In this document: piece after piece, positions 11,943-23,033 of the stretch
How the letters are laid out: the number at the start of each line of letters is the position of its first letter
Position numbering within the stretch: position 1 is the stretch's first letter
Source of the DNA: Eremomyces bilateralis CBS 781.70
Lineage: Eukaryota
Strand: one strand, 5' to 3'
Assembly: GCA_010015585.1 (NCBI GenBank)
Contig: ML975189.1
Length of the DNA: 64,000 nt
Translations under genes and position numbers: made by a program
Notes under the pieces: generated by a model
The model's database searches: none
What the model was told of the DNA's origin: nothing
What the model saw: only the letters and a program-made list of their open reading frames with translations

Positions 11943-12482
11943 GATATAGGTTTCAGCAAGTGACAGACACAAAGTTTGCACTCAGGCGTCTTAAAAGACT
12001 CATCCTGTTTACCAGCGTGATATCTACGAAGATATCGATTTCGGAGTTAGGCAAACCGGGTATGTTCATGCCTAGAGATGGGCATAATTTGCTCGGCTCT
12101 GTGGAGAAATCAAAGCAAGTTTTAATTACAAGGTAATAGGGAAGCACATTAGCGGGCCTAACAATGCCTGAGCACTCACCTTCCAGCACAGAAATATCGA
12201 TGACTCTCGATTTCCGGCGTGGATATGATTTCGAGGAGCACGTTTTCGAGTGGAAGACTAAGCCAACAATGGCATCAATCATGGACCCCGCTGAAGTGTT
12301 GCTGTCCAAGTTTCGGCTCCGCTGGGAGTTTGCGAAACGGTTTAGGGCTTAACATGATGTAGGCCATGCGTGTCCTGCATAATCGCCGCAAGGTCGTCTA
12401 GAAGCAAGAGGCTTAAAAATGGAGAAATATCCTTTAAGAAGACTGTAGATCCTAGAAGTGTGTACAGGTACTGCTTATCAGC

Positions 12483-13649
12483 ATGGACGGCTCAACACTA
12501 GAGTGGTCTGGTAAGAGCCTCTTCGAAAACTAGGGACCACAAGTCCAACGCTTGCTAATTCAATTTCAATAGGTGCAACGACATTTCGCCTGAAAACAAA
12601 AGGCTTATTAACGATCTTTCTGGATGCGTGGTTGGAGCGCCCTGCGTCTCTCGACCAGTATCTAAGCGTTGATGAGGTTGATGAATGTGACTACATTTTC
12701 ATCTCCCATGCTCATTTTGATCAGTAAGTCAGCCTCGGTATATCTTCCAGCGGCATTCTCATATATTTCCAGCCTGCCCAGTGCGGATCGGATTGCCAAG
12801 GAGACTGGAGCCAGTATTATTGGAATGGAGAGGCCATCCACGTCATGCGTGCGGTGGGAGTTCCGGAATCGCAGCTAGCGGCCATCTCTGGTGGCGAACG
12901 AATTCCCCTGTTCATAAAAGAGCAGCGACATAAGGTGATAGTTGCCTCTTCTTCGCGTCCCCATGGACTTCCCTCTGGACCTCCTTCTGGCCCCCCTGGA
13001 CCACCTACGCCAAATCCCGATGATGCGATTATCACGGTCCACGCTTGGCCATCTCTTCATGCATTGATGCCTCTTGGGGACCATAGGTCATTCCCAGAGG
13101 TGATGGATACCGGTACTGTGTATACCGGATCTGGAAGCCATAGTTGCACCCTGGACGTTACTCGCGGTTTGACGTACGGACTTGGAGGTCTCCTCAAAAT
13201 GGACTTAGTTCCTCCGCAGATGCATCAGGATATGAAAGACTTTGTCACGTACATGAAGGATAGGGACATGAACAGGTACTCATTTTTCGACGGCGGCCAA
13301 ATCATGTACAATTTTTTGATCGACGGCAAAGCGCTTCTCTGGAATGGGCACCTTGGCGGCTACGAAGGCATCCTAAAAGAAGAACCTGGTCCCAAAGCCC
13401 GATGTTGCGGTCCTTGCAATTGCCGGAAGGACCAACTTGGACGGGCGACCTTATGACGGGTCTGTGGCAGATTTTGCTGTGAAGGAAGTGCAATGGATTG
13501 GAGAACCGTCAAAAGTCACCTGGTGTCTGCATGATCGGTGTCCAATAAATCCAAAGCACATCAACGTTGCCATCGCAACGGAACGTGTTGAAGAGGGGAC
13601 AAAGAGCAAGGTGATCGAGCTAACACCTGCACAACCATTCAGGCTCTGA
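12483..13649 (+). pseudogene. Metallo-beta-lactamase-fold hydrolase interrupted by two frameshifts (pseudogene or assembly error)
   Basis: Spliced exons give MDGSTLEWSGATTFRLKTKGLLTIFLDAWLERP...YIFISHAHFDHLPSADRIAKETGASIIG, with the HxHxDH motif. The frame breaks at ~12822 (GGAATGGAGAG, one A short of GGA AAT GGA GAG = GNGE). It breaks again at ~13375-13382 before KNLVPKPDVAVLAIAGRTNLDGRPYDGS...WCLHD. Confidence 0.75.
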
Positions 13650-13674
13650 AGCTCGTGATACTTTTAATTCAACC

Positions 13675-14371
13675 AAATCTGCCACACAGTTCTCATTCAC
13701 ATACCAATGACCTCGTTCAATCATTATCAGCCAGATGAACGTCTGGTATTGATATTCGACGGCGGTGCAGAGTCAGATCCCGGGAGCAATATATTCGACA
13801 TTCGGCCTCGATCCTGGTGGAAGTCGTGGGCAATTGTGACGGAAGGTCCAGGTCCTATAGATCTTATCGATGAGAAATTACTATTCGGCGCGCGGCCAGA
13901 TACATACTCTGCCCTAAATAATCATCCCAATCCAGCCGATCAAGATAACTGCGAGGGGAGGGAGGTGGTCTCAGGACTGAATGGATTGTGGTCATGGATA
14001 GATCCCAGAGCGGTTTAGAGGGCTAGGGGCATGACTCCGGAACTAAAATAGAATAACTGCGCAACGCCATAACTTGACTCGATTTAATCCTCAGCTCGGA
14101 CGCGCTTGAGAAATGGAATAACCGAATTCGAGAGTCGATGCTCGACAGGGTCTGTATCATGGCTAAACCAGTCCTACTAGGATCGACGCTGGGTCTGGCT
14201 ATCACAGTTCCACCAAGTTCGACGGTCCTTCTCCTCGGGTGGTCTCCCGGTCCAAGTAAGATCAACGAAATGGTTATGAAGGGCCGCACAGCGCTCGAAA
14301 TCCATGCCCTGAACATCTCGCACGGGGTTTGATTCGGTGACAAGCTATTGTGTTGAAATATCGAGTTCCAT
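13675..14371 (-). pseudogene. Decayed fungal hypothetical gene with multiple in-frame stops
   Basis: Reads MELDISTQ*LVTESNPVRDVQGMDFERCAALHNHFVDLTW...RS**DWF...HRLSNSVIPFLKRV...; the distal part reads ..WLIMIERGHWYVNENCVA. From memory this resembles an uncharacterised fungal family (MDxERCAxLHN ... MxExGxWxVxExGV). The stops are TAG/TAA, reachable from CAG/CAA/TGG by single transitions. Confidence 0.55.
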
Positions 14372-15289
14372 TTCGGCGAGACGGAGACTGGCAACTTTGT
14401 ACGGAATACAACTGGCTCTGACCGATCTCCTATACTCTTCTTCATTGGCTGTTTCCGTACAACATGACAGGAAAAGTAGGGGTGGCATCCGGATTGTTAT
14501 GCGAGGGATGAACTCAGAAAGGAGACGGAGGTATCAGTCGATTGAGGTAGACCAAGAGACAGGCTGAAACAAACGCGGTGGTGTCATTATCAGAAGAGAG
14601 GAACCTAGAAATGAAGTCGACTAGCCAGATCTCAAAATCGGTACCGTCTCACCGGCAACGTTCCTTCCACGGTTTGGTTCGCAGAGATATACAGGTAGGA
14701 AAGTTTAGTTGTGACATATGGGAGTCGGGCTTGCTTCGCCCTGACTAATCCTGAATTGGTTCTATGTGATAAGAGAAGTCTCATATGATCGCCGTCACCA
14801 TTCTCGGTTCTATCCATCCAAAGGCTTGGAGCAGTAGCATCTAGATAGCCGACCCCTGTAGGGTCTCTCGTAGAGCAGTGCCTCATAAGCGAAATACATC
14901 GAACCAATGGCGCGCATGCTTTATAAAGCGCAACAGGCTCTAGCAATTACTCGTCAGTCCTGCAATAAATGCCGGCGGCCACGGCTCCCAGCGTCCTTCA
15001 GATGAGTGTTGGGCAGAGACTGGGTTGCCGATCAGTCTATCGCTGGCAATCTGTCCGAATGGGATGCCGTATGGGAATGTCGCAACGCCACTGCGGTAGC
15101 AGTCACAACATTGCATGGACCATTCAACATGATTCCAGAAGTGTGCAATTGTTCAGTCCACTTCGTTCCTTGCAATAGACCGTGTGACAGCCTATGGACA
15201 ATAACCGAATGCGAGCCGACATGCGGCAGGAGCGCGGTCGACAGGTCGGAGTTGGTTGGGTAGTTGTACGCGCCGACTGCCTTGATCCA

Positions 15290-17336
15290 TTAGGAGACGG
15301 AGTCGTACTGGCCCTTCATGTCCTCGAAATGCGACTTGGTCTCCTCCGCAAGGCGTCCTTCGCTGGTTTCCAAGACAGTGTAGATCAGACTATAGTTATT
15401 GAACAAAAACCTGGCGCGCTTTCTCTCGTCCCCGATGCTTTTCCCGAGTTTCGTGAGGTGCAGCTCGAACTCGTTTCGAAGCCGGGAGAAGCTGTTGGAC
15501 AGTGGTTCGTCATCTCCGGCATCTTTGCTGAGGTCGAGGATCGAGCTCGTAAAGTGGGCGAACCGCTGGGTGAGCGGATTTGGAGCCGTGGACGACCCGC
15601 CGGTACCACTCGCCAGCAGGGCGGCGGACGACGGACGTCCTGACAACGATGAGGTGGCGCGGCGCAAGGACTCGCAGTGAAGGTCGATAGCGATTTGAAA
15701 GCGAGGCCACAGTAGCATGTTGGTGGCGTTGATGTAGCCCTCGACGGACGGCACTTTCCTCCGTTGCGCTTCGAACGCGAGATGTTGATTGATTCGGACG
15801 GATAGTAGCAACCCGATGGCGTCGGTGGAGTGTTCGACTAGGCGTTTGGTGAGGGATTGGCCGATGGCGAAGGTCGGGTCGAAAATGGCCGAGAAGGTAC
15901 GGGAGATGGCGTGGAAGCTCTGTGATGGGGAGAAGAAGGCAGTTAGGAATGAGTATTCGAACGAGGCATTGTCAATGAGGGCGAGGTTAAAGGCGTGAAA
16001 GGGCGTCTCCAGGTAGTGGGTCGACTTGTTCTCCTCCGCCACGTACGACGAAATGGCTTGGTGGAGGGGGGCTTTCAATAGATCCAGTCGACGGCCGACC
16101 GTGAACGGGTCTTCTGGGCCAGCGGACGGTTTGCCTTTCGACGCGTTCCTCTTGGAGTCGTCCGGCTGCGCGATGGCATCGGTTTTGTCCACCACGTGCA
16201 GTTTCAACCGCTCGAGCGCCTTGTCATACCGCGCAAAGTGACTCGAATAATACCAGCGCATCGTGTTGACGTAGGCTTGGCGGATGTCCTCGGCCAGAGG
16301 CGGCTGGTGTCGTGCGAGGAACGCGTACAGGTCTTTGCATTTCAGAAAGCCCTGGTTCTGGATGACCTGCGCGTTGATGTTCGGTGACCGTAGTGCCTTC
16401 ACTTGTGCGACGAAGTGGTCTCGGATTCGTTCGACCGCCTGGAACTGTTAGCGTCTGCTTCACGTGCCAGATCGATTCTCATACCCGCAGCGTGGTGCTC
16501 TCCACGAGAGGTCTCACGTCTCCCATCGCCTTGATATTGATCCCGTCCTGGGTTCGGGACTGGAGGGTTTTCGCGCGCTTCTCGAGCTCCGCCGTGGCCA
16601 CCACGAACGCTTCGTCGACCGGGCCTTCGTCGATGTGCCGGACAATGGCGGGAGGAATGGCAATGGATTCGACCGAGGGACCCAGCCGCTGCTCCACGAC
16701 GCGACGGTTCTCCAGGCGCGTGTTCATCGTGGCAGATCGCTTCTGTAGGGACTCGATTTCGGCGGAGACGGTGCTCAAGTCGGCCTGAAAGCCGGTGAGG
16801 TAGCTCTCGATGGACCGCAGGACATCATCGCAGGCGGCAATGGAGCGGTGAAGATCCTCGAACTTGTCCTTTTCCTTCTCGAAATCCTTCACTGGCTCCG
16901 AGGATGCGCTGTCTCGACCTAGCTCGGGCCCTGATGCCGTGATGGCAACGCCGTCCAAGTTGATGCCATCGAAATCGATGCTCCGAGCGAGCTGGGCAGG
17001 CTTCACCAGCACTGGCGAGTGTTTTCCATCATTCGGCGTGTCAGGAGCAGCTGCGGTCCCCACGATGCTTTGGAGCACTTGAATGGGGTCGAGGACGGGC
17101 TGGGACGGGGGCAGCTCATGCTTGAGACTTGATCCGTTTGGGGGTCTCGGTGCCGGAGTGGTGCTGTTGCTGGAGGCGGTGGACGCGAGGGAAAGCGAAG
17201 ACGAGCGCGGATTGAAGAGCGGGCGATTGGCCGGAGCAATGGGATACGGCGCGGTGCGGCGCGGTGCCGGAGAATAGGAACGATGGAGCGGAGGAGTGCC
17301 GGATGGGGAGGCGGTGGAAAAGCGGTCGAGGAACAT
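15290..17336 (-). CDS. VPS52: GARP complex subunit Vps52/Sac2
   Basis: Contains FEDLHRSIAACDDVLRSIESYLTGFQADL..VSAEIESLQ, KALRSPNINAQVIQ, YVNTMRWYY and RFLFNNYSLI. One intron at ~16482-16439. Confidence 0.93.
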
Positions 17337-17639
17337 GGGGGATGGAGAGCTCGGATGCAGTGAGAGAGGTGGTGATCGTGTCAGAGAGACAGGATAGGAT
17401 TCATGCGAGGGGTGGGAATGCTCAGCATGCTGACCCGGTGTTTAATGGGAGATAGACTGACGCATTCTTATTGTGAGACTGTTGTTGGGCATGACATTGA
17501 TGGAATCGACATCGGATCTGATACATGGACAGCCCGAGCCACATCGCAAGGACACAAGGCCGATGTCAGGCATAAAGTATGACATAATCCGGGGATATCA
17601 CGTGGGTTGTAAGTAGCCCTCGCACGTGACACCTCCCGC

Positions 17640-17686
17640 CACAATCTATTCAGCCACACTCTATTCAGCCACAATCTATTCAGCCG
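17640..17686. repeat. 15-bp tandem repeat (TCTATTCAGCCACA[A/C]) x3
   Basis: Seen directly in the VPS52/eIF5A divergent intergenic region. Confidence 0.8.
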
Positions 17687-17820
17687 CGCACTCGGTCCAG
17701 CCGCAGTTCATCCAGGCACAAAGGCACTAGAGCAGCAATTCCAGTCCCTCCAGGCTGTCAGGCACTCAGGTCGTAAGCCACCGGAGAATCCATTGATCCG
17801 AACCAAGCGCAGCCTGAGGA

Positions 17821-17900
17821 AGGCGAAAATGGCGAAAACGGCGAAAACGGCGAAAACGGCGAAAACGACGAAAACGAAGAAAACGAAGAAAACGAGGAAA
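17821..17900. repeat. 9-bp minisatellite (GGCGAAAAC grading into GAAGAAAAC), ~9 copies
   Basis: Seen directly; it produces the low-complexity ORFs listed at 17708-18012. Confidence 0.9.
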
Positions 17901-18249
17901 AGCCACACAGAATAGGCACAGAATGACAAAACACCCCTGCCAACTCAAGGAAACCCTCCCCCCCAACAGCGCAGCACCGAACCACCACCAAATCGTCCCA
18001 AATCAGCACCAAATCAGCACCAAATCAGCCAACCCCCGCCCCCCGCTCCCTCTCTCTTAGGCTCTCACCAACTAAACCTCCTCTCACTCGGTCGTTGCCC
18101 TCTAAACCGATTTCTCGCCTCCAATCAACATCCCACTTTTCTCTTCCCGCTTCCATCTTCACTTTCTTTCTTCCACTCCCCTCGTCTACTTCTGTCCTGT
18201 CCATTGACCCGTTGCTCCCCTCTACCTGTCCATCTTCTCATCTACCACC

Positions 18250-18951
18250 ATGGCCGACAACGACGCCCAGGTGAGTCCACATCCTCCTGCATGCTTCCTA
18301 TCGCTGGCCGCATGTCGTTGCGAGTTGTTGCGAGTCCTTGCAAGTCATTACAAGTCCGCCGGATGGCGCTGACGATCGTCCCAGCATGAGCACACCTTCG
18401 AGAGCGCCGATGCGGGTGCCTCCGCCACCTATCCCATGCAGTGCTCCGCGCTCCGCAAGAACGGGCACGTCTGCATCAAGAACCGTCCCTGCAAGATCGT
18501 CGAGATGAGCACCTCCAAGACCGGCAAGCACGGTCACGCCAAGGTCCATCTGGTCGCCATCGACATCTTCACCGGCAAGAAGCTGGAGGAGCTGTGCCCG
18601 TCCACCCACAACATGGACGTTCCCAACGTCCGCCGTCAGGAATACCAGCTGGTGAGCGTCTCCTCCCTCGTTCCCCTCGCCATGGCCGCTGATCCATCGT
18701 TCGCAGCTCGATGTCACCGACGACGGTTTCCTCTCCCTCATGTCGGATGATGGCAACACCAAGGACGATGTCAAGGTCCCCGAGAATGAGGTTGGCGACA
18801 AGATCACGAAGCTGTTCACCGATGAGAACAAGGACACGAGTACGTCCCCTTTTTCCCTGCACGAAACAATCGCTGACCAATTGCAGGCGTTGTCGTTCTC
18901 ACCGCCATGGGCGAGGAAATCGCCATCGATGCCAAGGAGGCTCCCAAATAA
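18250..18951 (+). CDS. HYP2: Translation factor eIF5A
   Basis: Four exons: 18250-18270, 18385-18651, 18707-18839 and 18887-18951. Contains the hypusine motif [14 protein letters not shown] and PSTHNMDVP. Confidence 0.97.
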
Positions 18952-19538
18952 GCTGTCGACGATGCGCCGTCGTGACGGGAGGGAGTGCCAGTGCTGGGGA
19001 GAGACGTGTTCATTTTTACATAGGAGCGGGTTCTGTATAGCCGTTCGGACGGGACAAGGGGGAGTTTCCAGGTCATGAGCCTTGTTAGGCTGTGTGTGCA
19101 ACTCGAGGACCATCCTATCCCTCCAGTGACTCCGGTCCATCCCCAGCATCGGCGCTCACGCTCCCACGTGCATACTTAATAGCACAAAAATGATTACACG
19201 CTGCAACATGACTCCTATGTGACGCCTGCGACCAATTCACGAGTTTTCTGAAGTGCCTCGTCCCGTGTGACATCGATGGTGAATCGTATTTTTGAAGGCA
19301 TTGAACCCACGGTACGCCCCAAGCATGGTACTGCTATTATAATCTCTCGCAGTATTCCGTACATACTCAAAGACCCGCTTCCGTCGGGAGATCCATAACC
19401 TCCTGTTCATTCGTGATCTGATATTCGGGTTCAATCCATTAATATTACCTCAGTGACTTGTCCTCGTTTCTGCCTTGATGCCTTCAAGACTTGTTACCAT
19501 CACGTCTCGGTCGTGACGATCCTCCAACTGTAAAGAAC

Positions 19539-22500
19539 ATGTCCGATGCGGATGAACATGGCTCGAGTAGGTCTTCGTGCTTCCGATCGATTCGATGGCT
19601 CTAACTGTAATTCATTACAGGTTTTGAGAGCAAATCTGAGGCCCAGCGTGCCTGGCTCCTCGTCTTCCAACTCGTTCTCCAAAAACAATGTCGTTTCTTA
19701 ATCGAGAACGCCAAGCTCCCGGCTGATATTGAGGTAAGCCAACGTTGCATGAACAACCGCTTCGCTCTAACCTACCCATTAGTGTGTGGTGAGGGATCTA
19801 TGGACGCTCCAGTTGTTCACCCCGTCGGCGAGGATTTTATTCGATCATCACCGACATGACTTCCCACCATCACCGTCAACAAGGAGCGTCCACTCCTTCC
19901 GGTCTGGGCCGTCTCGTAGAGACCCGCTTGAACATGGTTATCCCTCAGTAAATGACGAGGTCCGTTTGTCGGGTTATTCCCAGCATGGAGACTCGCTCGA
20001 TCTACCATCGTCACCGCCGCTTGACCATCGGCTCGAGCAGACGAAGAGATTTCGGGCACAGGCGAGCTCATCCGATCCTCCCGAGCTGCCACATGGCTAT
20101 CCACCATCCACCCCTCCTATTCGCCTGCCATCCAGTCCTGAAGATGACTCCGACGCGGGGCCCTATGGCGACTTTGACAGGTCGGAGCAAAGAAGTGATC
20201 CCGCGATGGCGCTCCGAGGGATTGTCAGCCGTTTATTGGGGTCTCACCGCAGACATGCTCGCAGTTTCAGCGCTCTCGCTAGCAGCGTCCATGAGTTCTC
20301 ACAATCGGAAACGCCGGGTGTGAGATCATACCAGCCGTCCGCAGTCCCCGATTTCTCCGACCCCCCCCGACTGATTGATTCCCTGGCCATCTGCTACTTG
20401 GCTTGTCGACTGCTTCGACTCCCCGTCCGCATCGCAGATCTGCACTACTGGGCCGATTCATGGGATCTGGTGTTTTGTCGCGCCGACGAGGGCGTACCTC
20501 AAGACCTTCGCACCAAGTTGGACCAAAGGGGCCGATCCGCTCTGGCAATTCCAGCTCTATTGCCAGACAAACTTCAACGGGCCATCCTTGACTCGCAAAT
20601 CGCCTACCAGACCCGCTTCCACATCACGTTCCCGGCTCCCGACTGGCCGGTCGTCACGCTACAGTATCTGGGTGATCTCGGTCTCCCCATCGAGGTCTAC
20701 TCTGCGGTGAAAAGTCTTCGTGCCTTTGTGCTTCCCCAATCCACCCTTGCGATGCCAGACGATCGGCGTCCACGGATCGAGGATATGCCAGAATGCCGAA
20801 TTGCAGGACTCCTCGTCATTGCAGTGGCTCTTCTATTCCCTTTCTCTCCCCTCCCCGATGACGACATGGATTGGGACGATACCGACGATTCCTCGACATT
20901 TTCAGATGCATCTCACTTGCCTGACGCCGACGGGCATGACAATTTATGTCAATCGGATCCAATGACATCTAATACTGGGCATCCTAGTCCACAGGACGAT
21001 GACACGGTCGACTACCGAGCTGGCCTCAATTTAGATGAGTCGGAAACGACAATTACTGGCGCCATCGACACCGAGCCATTTTTCAATTGGGAGGAATGGC
21101 TACAAGACCGAGCTGAGTATCACCGTTGCCGCATTTCCAAAACCGGGAAGCTGGGCATGTCACGGATACGCCAGATAACCCGCCCTTCCGCCATGGCCGA
21201 AGTAGCACCTGTCGAAATCGATGCCTACATGAAATGGTATCACCATATCTATACGACCCCACGTTCCCAGCGCAAATTCCGACAACGCCGAAGGAATCTC
21301 TTGACCGCTTTAATGAAGACCTTCACAGTTGCAGGGTCGGACCAGCAGAGTGGATCGGCGCACCCGTTTTTTAGTCTTCGTGAGCACCAGGAATTGATCA
21401 CGCATGGTCTGAAACGGCTGTTGGATAGTTGCGACTGCCTCCACCCGATTACCCTAGGAGTCTCTCGGGGCGAAGGGGTCGATCTGCCTACGCGGGACGC
21501 GAGTATCAGGGGCATCGCCACGGAAACCCGACAGCCCTTGGCAGAGGCGGTTGTATCCCAAGAGCGGAATTCATTTCCAGTGAATGATCATCTCTCAAGG
21601 CGCAGTCATTGTAGAGAACGTGGAGAGACCGCCGATCCTGCCCATACCGACGTGGCACACGTCAAAGGGGGTCGTTCGATTCCAATCGCGAGACGGTCAG
21701 ATCGGCTCGCTCAACCGCCCACACAGGTTCCCGTTGTAGAGTCAGGCTCTAACATGCCTTCCAAAGCGCCGGGTTTCAGCAAATGGAAGGACATCCGAAG
21801 ACCCCGGTTGGAGGCACGTTTGGCAACAAGGGAGCGCTTTCGGGATGGGTGGCAAGATGAAGTTCCCGAGCAAGGTGGTAGGTCCGCAGAGAGTGAAGAG
21901 GAGCTTCTCGATGATTTGGATTTCGAAGGCGAATGGGTCGATCAAAATGAACCACCGGAAGTCCAACCGTTAGGGCAGGATCCTCGAGATGCAACAGACC
22001 CCAAGGAGTTAGCTCGTCGGAAAGGGAAAGTACTTTCCAGCGCCTTTATCCACGAAGTGGCGCGTGTTTCCGCACTGTCATCCGAGACTCTCGCTAAGGC
22101 TGTAACTACCATGGCACGGGACTTGGAAGCCAAGCTCGGAGCGGAGTCCCCGTCGAGTTCAGATCCGTTTTTGGGGGAAGCATGGCGAGTCGATGATGAT
22201 GGGGACGTTGGTCCCGGTTCTTCTCAACTTGACGACATGCGAGAAGCATTCCGGCGCTTGCAAACGGAGACCTCCGACCTGAGTGAAATCGAGATATCGA
22301 CCGCCCATGTCAATCCAAGGTCTCCTTCAAACCATTCAGTCGAGTCCCCGATCGCAAACTATGACACGGATGAGGAGGATACATTGTTTCAAAGAGTCTT
22401 TGAAAATCGCCGAGATTCATATGCCAGTCACGGAACGATGGCAGGGTCGACACATCCAGGTAGCCGCAAACGATCGACATCGAGACGAGATCCGATCTTC

Positions 22501-22851
22501 ACCCAGTCTTCTCGAATCGACTCAGAGCCAAGGTTGGACATTCCGAATGATCCGACCATGTTGATGGACCTTGACGGTCCCGATCTTGGACGTGGGGAAC
22601 ATGTCGAAAGCGGTATGGGCGATCACGATGAAGCGCAGTTTTCGCAGGGCGTGGAACCCACATTGAACCATCCATGGTGGAGAGGATGGCACGATGCAGA
22701 GACAGGGCAGCATGACAATGCGATGATTGACAAGAAGGATGAGGGAGAGCCGTTCAGAGATGTGGGGTCGGATATTCGAAGCGATCTCGAAAAAGGCAGG
22801 GCATGGCGGGAGGTGCAGGATAAATACAGGGATTTCTACAAGCCTGGGTGA
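19539..22851 (+). CDS. RRN7: RNA polymerase I core factor subunit Rrn7/TAF1B-like protein with a long acidic C-terminal extension
   Basis: Spliced N-terminus reads MSDADEHGSS|FESKSEAQRAWLLVFQLVLQKQCRFLIENAKLPADIE|CVVRDLWTLQL. PRLIDSLAICYLACRLLRLPVRIADLHYW and LGLPIEVY match fungal Rrn7 cyclin-fold motifs. The start codon is inferred. Confidence 0.7.
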
Positions 22852-23033
22852 CTCTCCAGCCCAGGGCTGTCGGCGCTGGCTATGGTTAACGAGCACTATA
22901 TCGATTATGAATTAATGGAAGATGGTGAATTTCAGAGTACATCTCTACAGCCCTTCCGGATCCTCCACGCGCAACCCCTCGAGTACACTGGGTTCCATAC
23001 GGACGCCCACCGCTTCTCCGCAACAAAGGTATA

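Noticed and set aside
13707..14445. ORFs 13707-14018(+) and 14023-14445(-) as genes
   Set aside because: They overlap a more protein-like but stop-interrupted minus-strand frame, which is called as a pseudogene.
17708..18012. Low-complexity ORFs (FAVFAV / FSPFSP / RRFRRF)
   Set aside because: They are translations of the 9-bp minisatellite.
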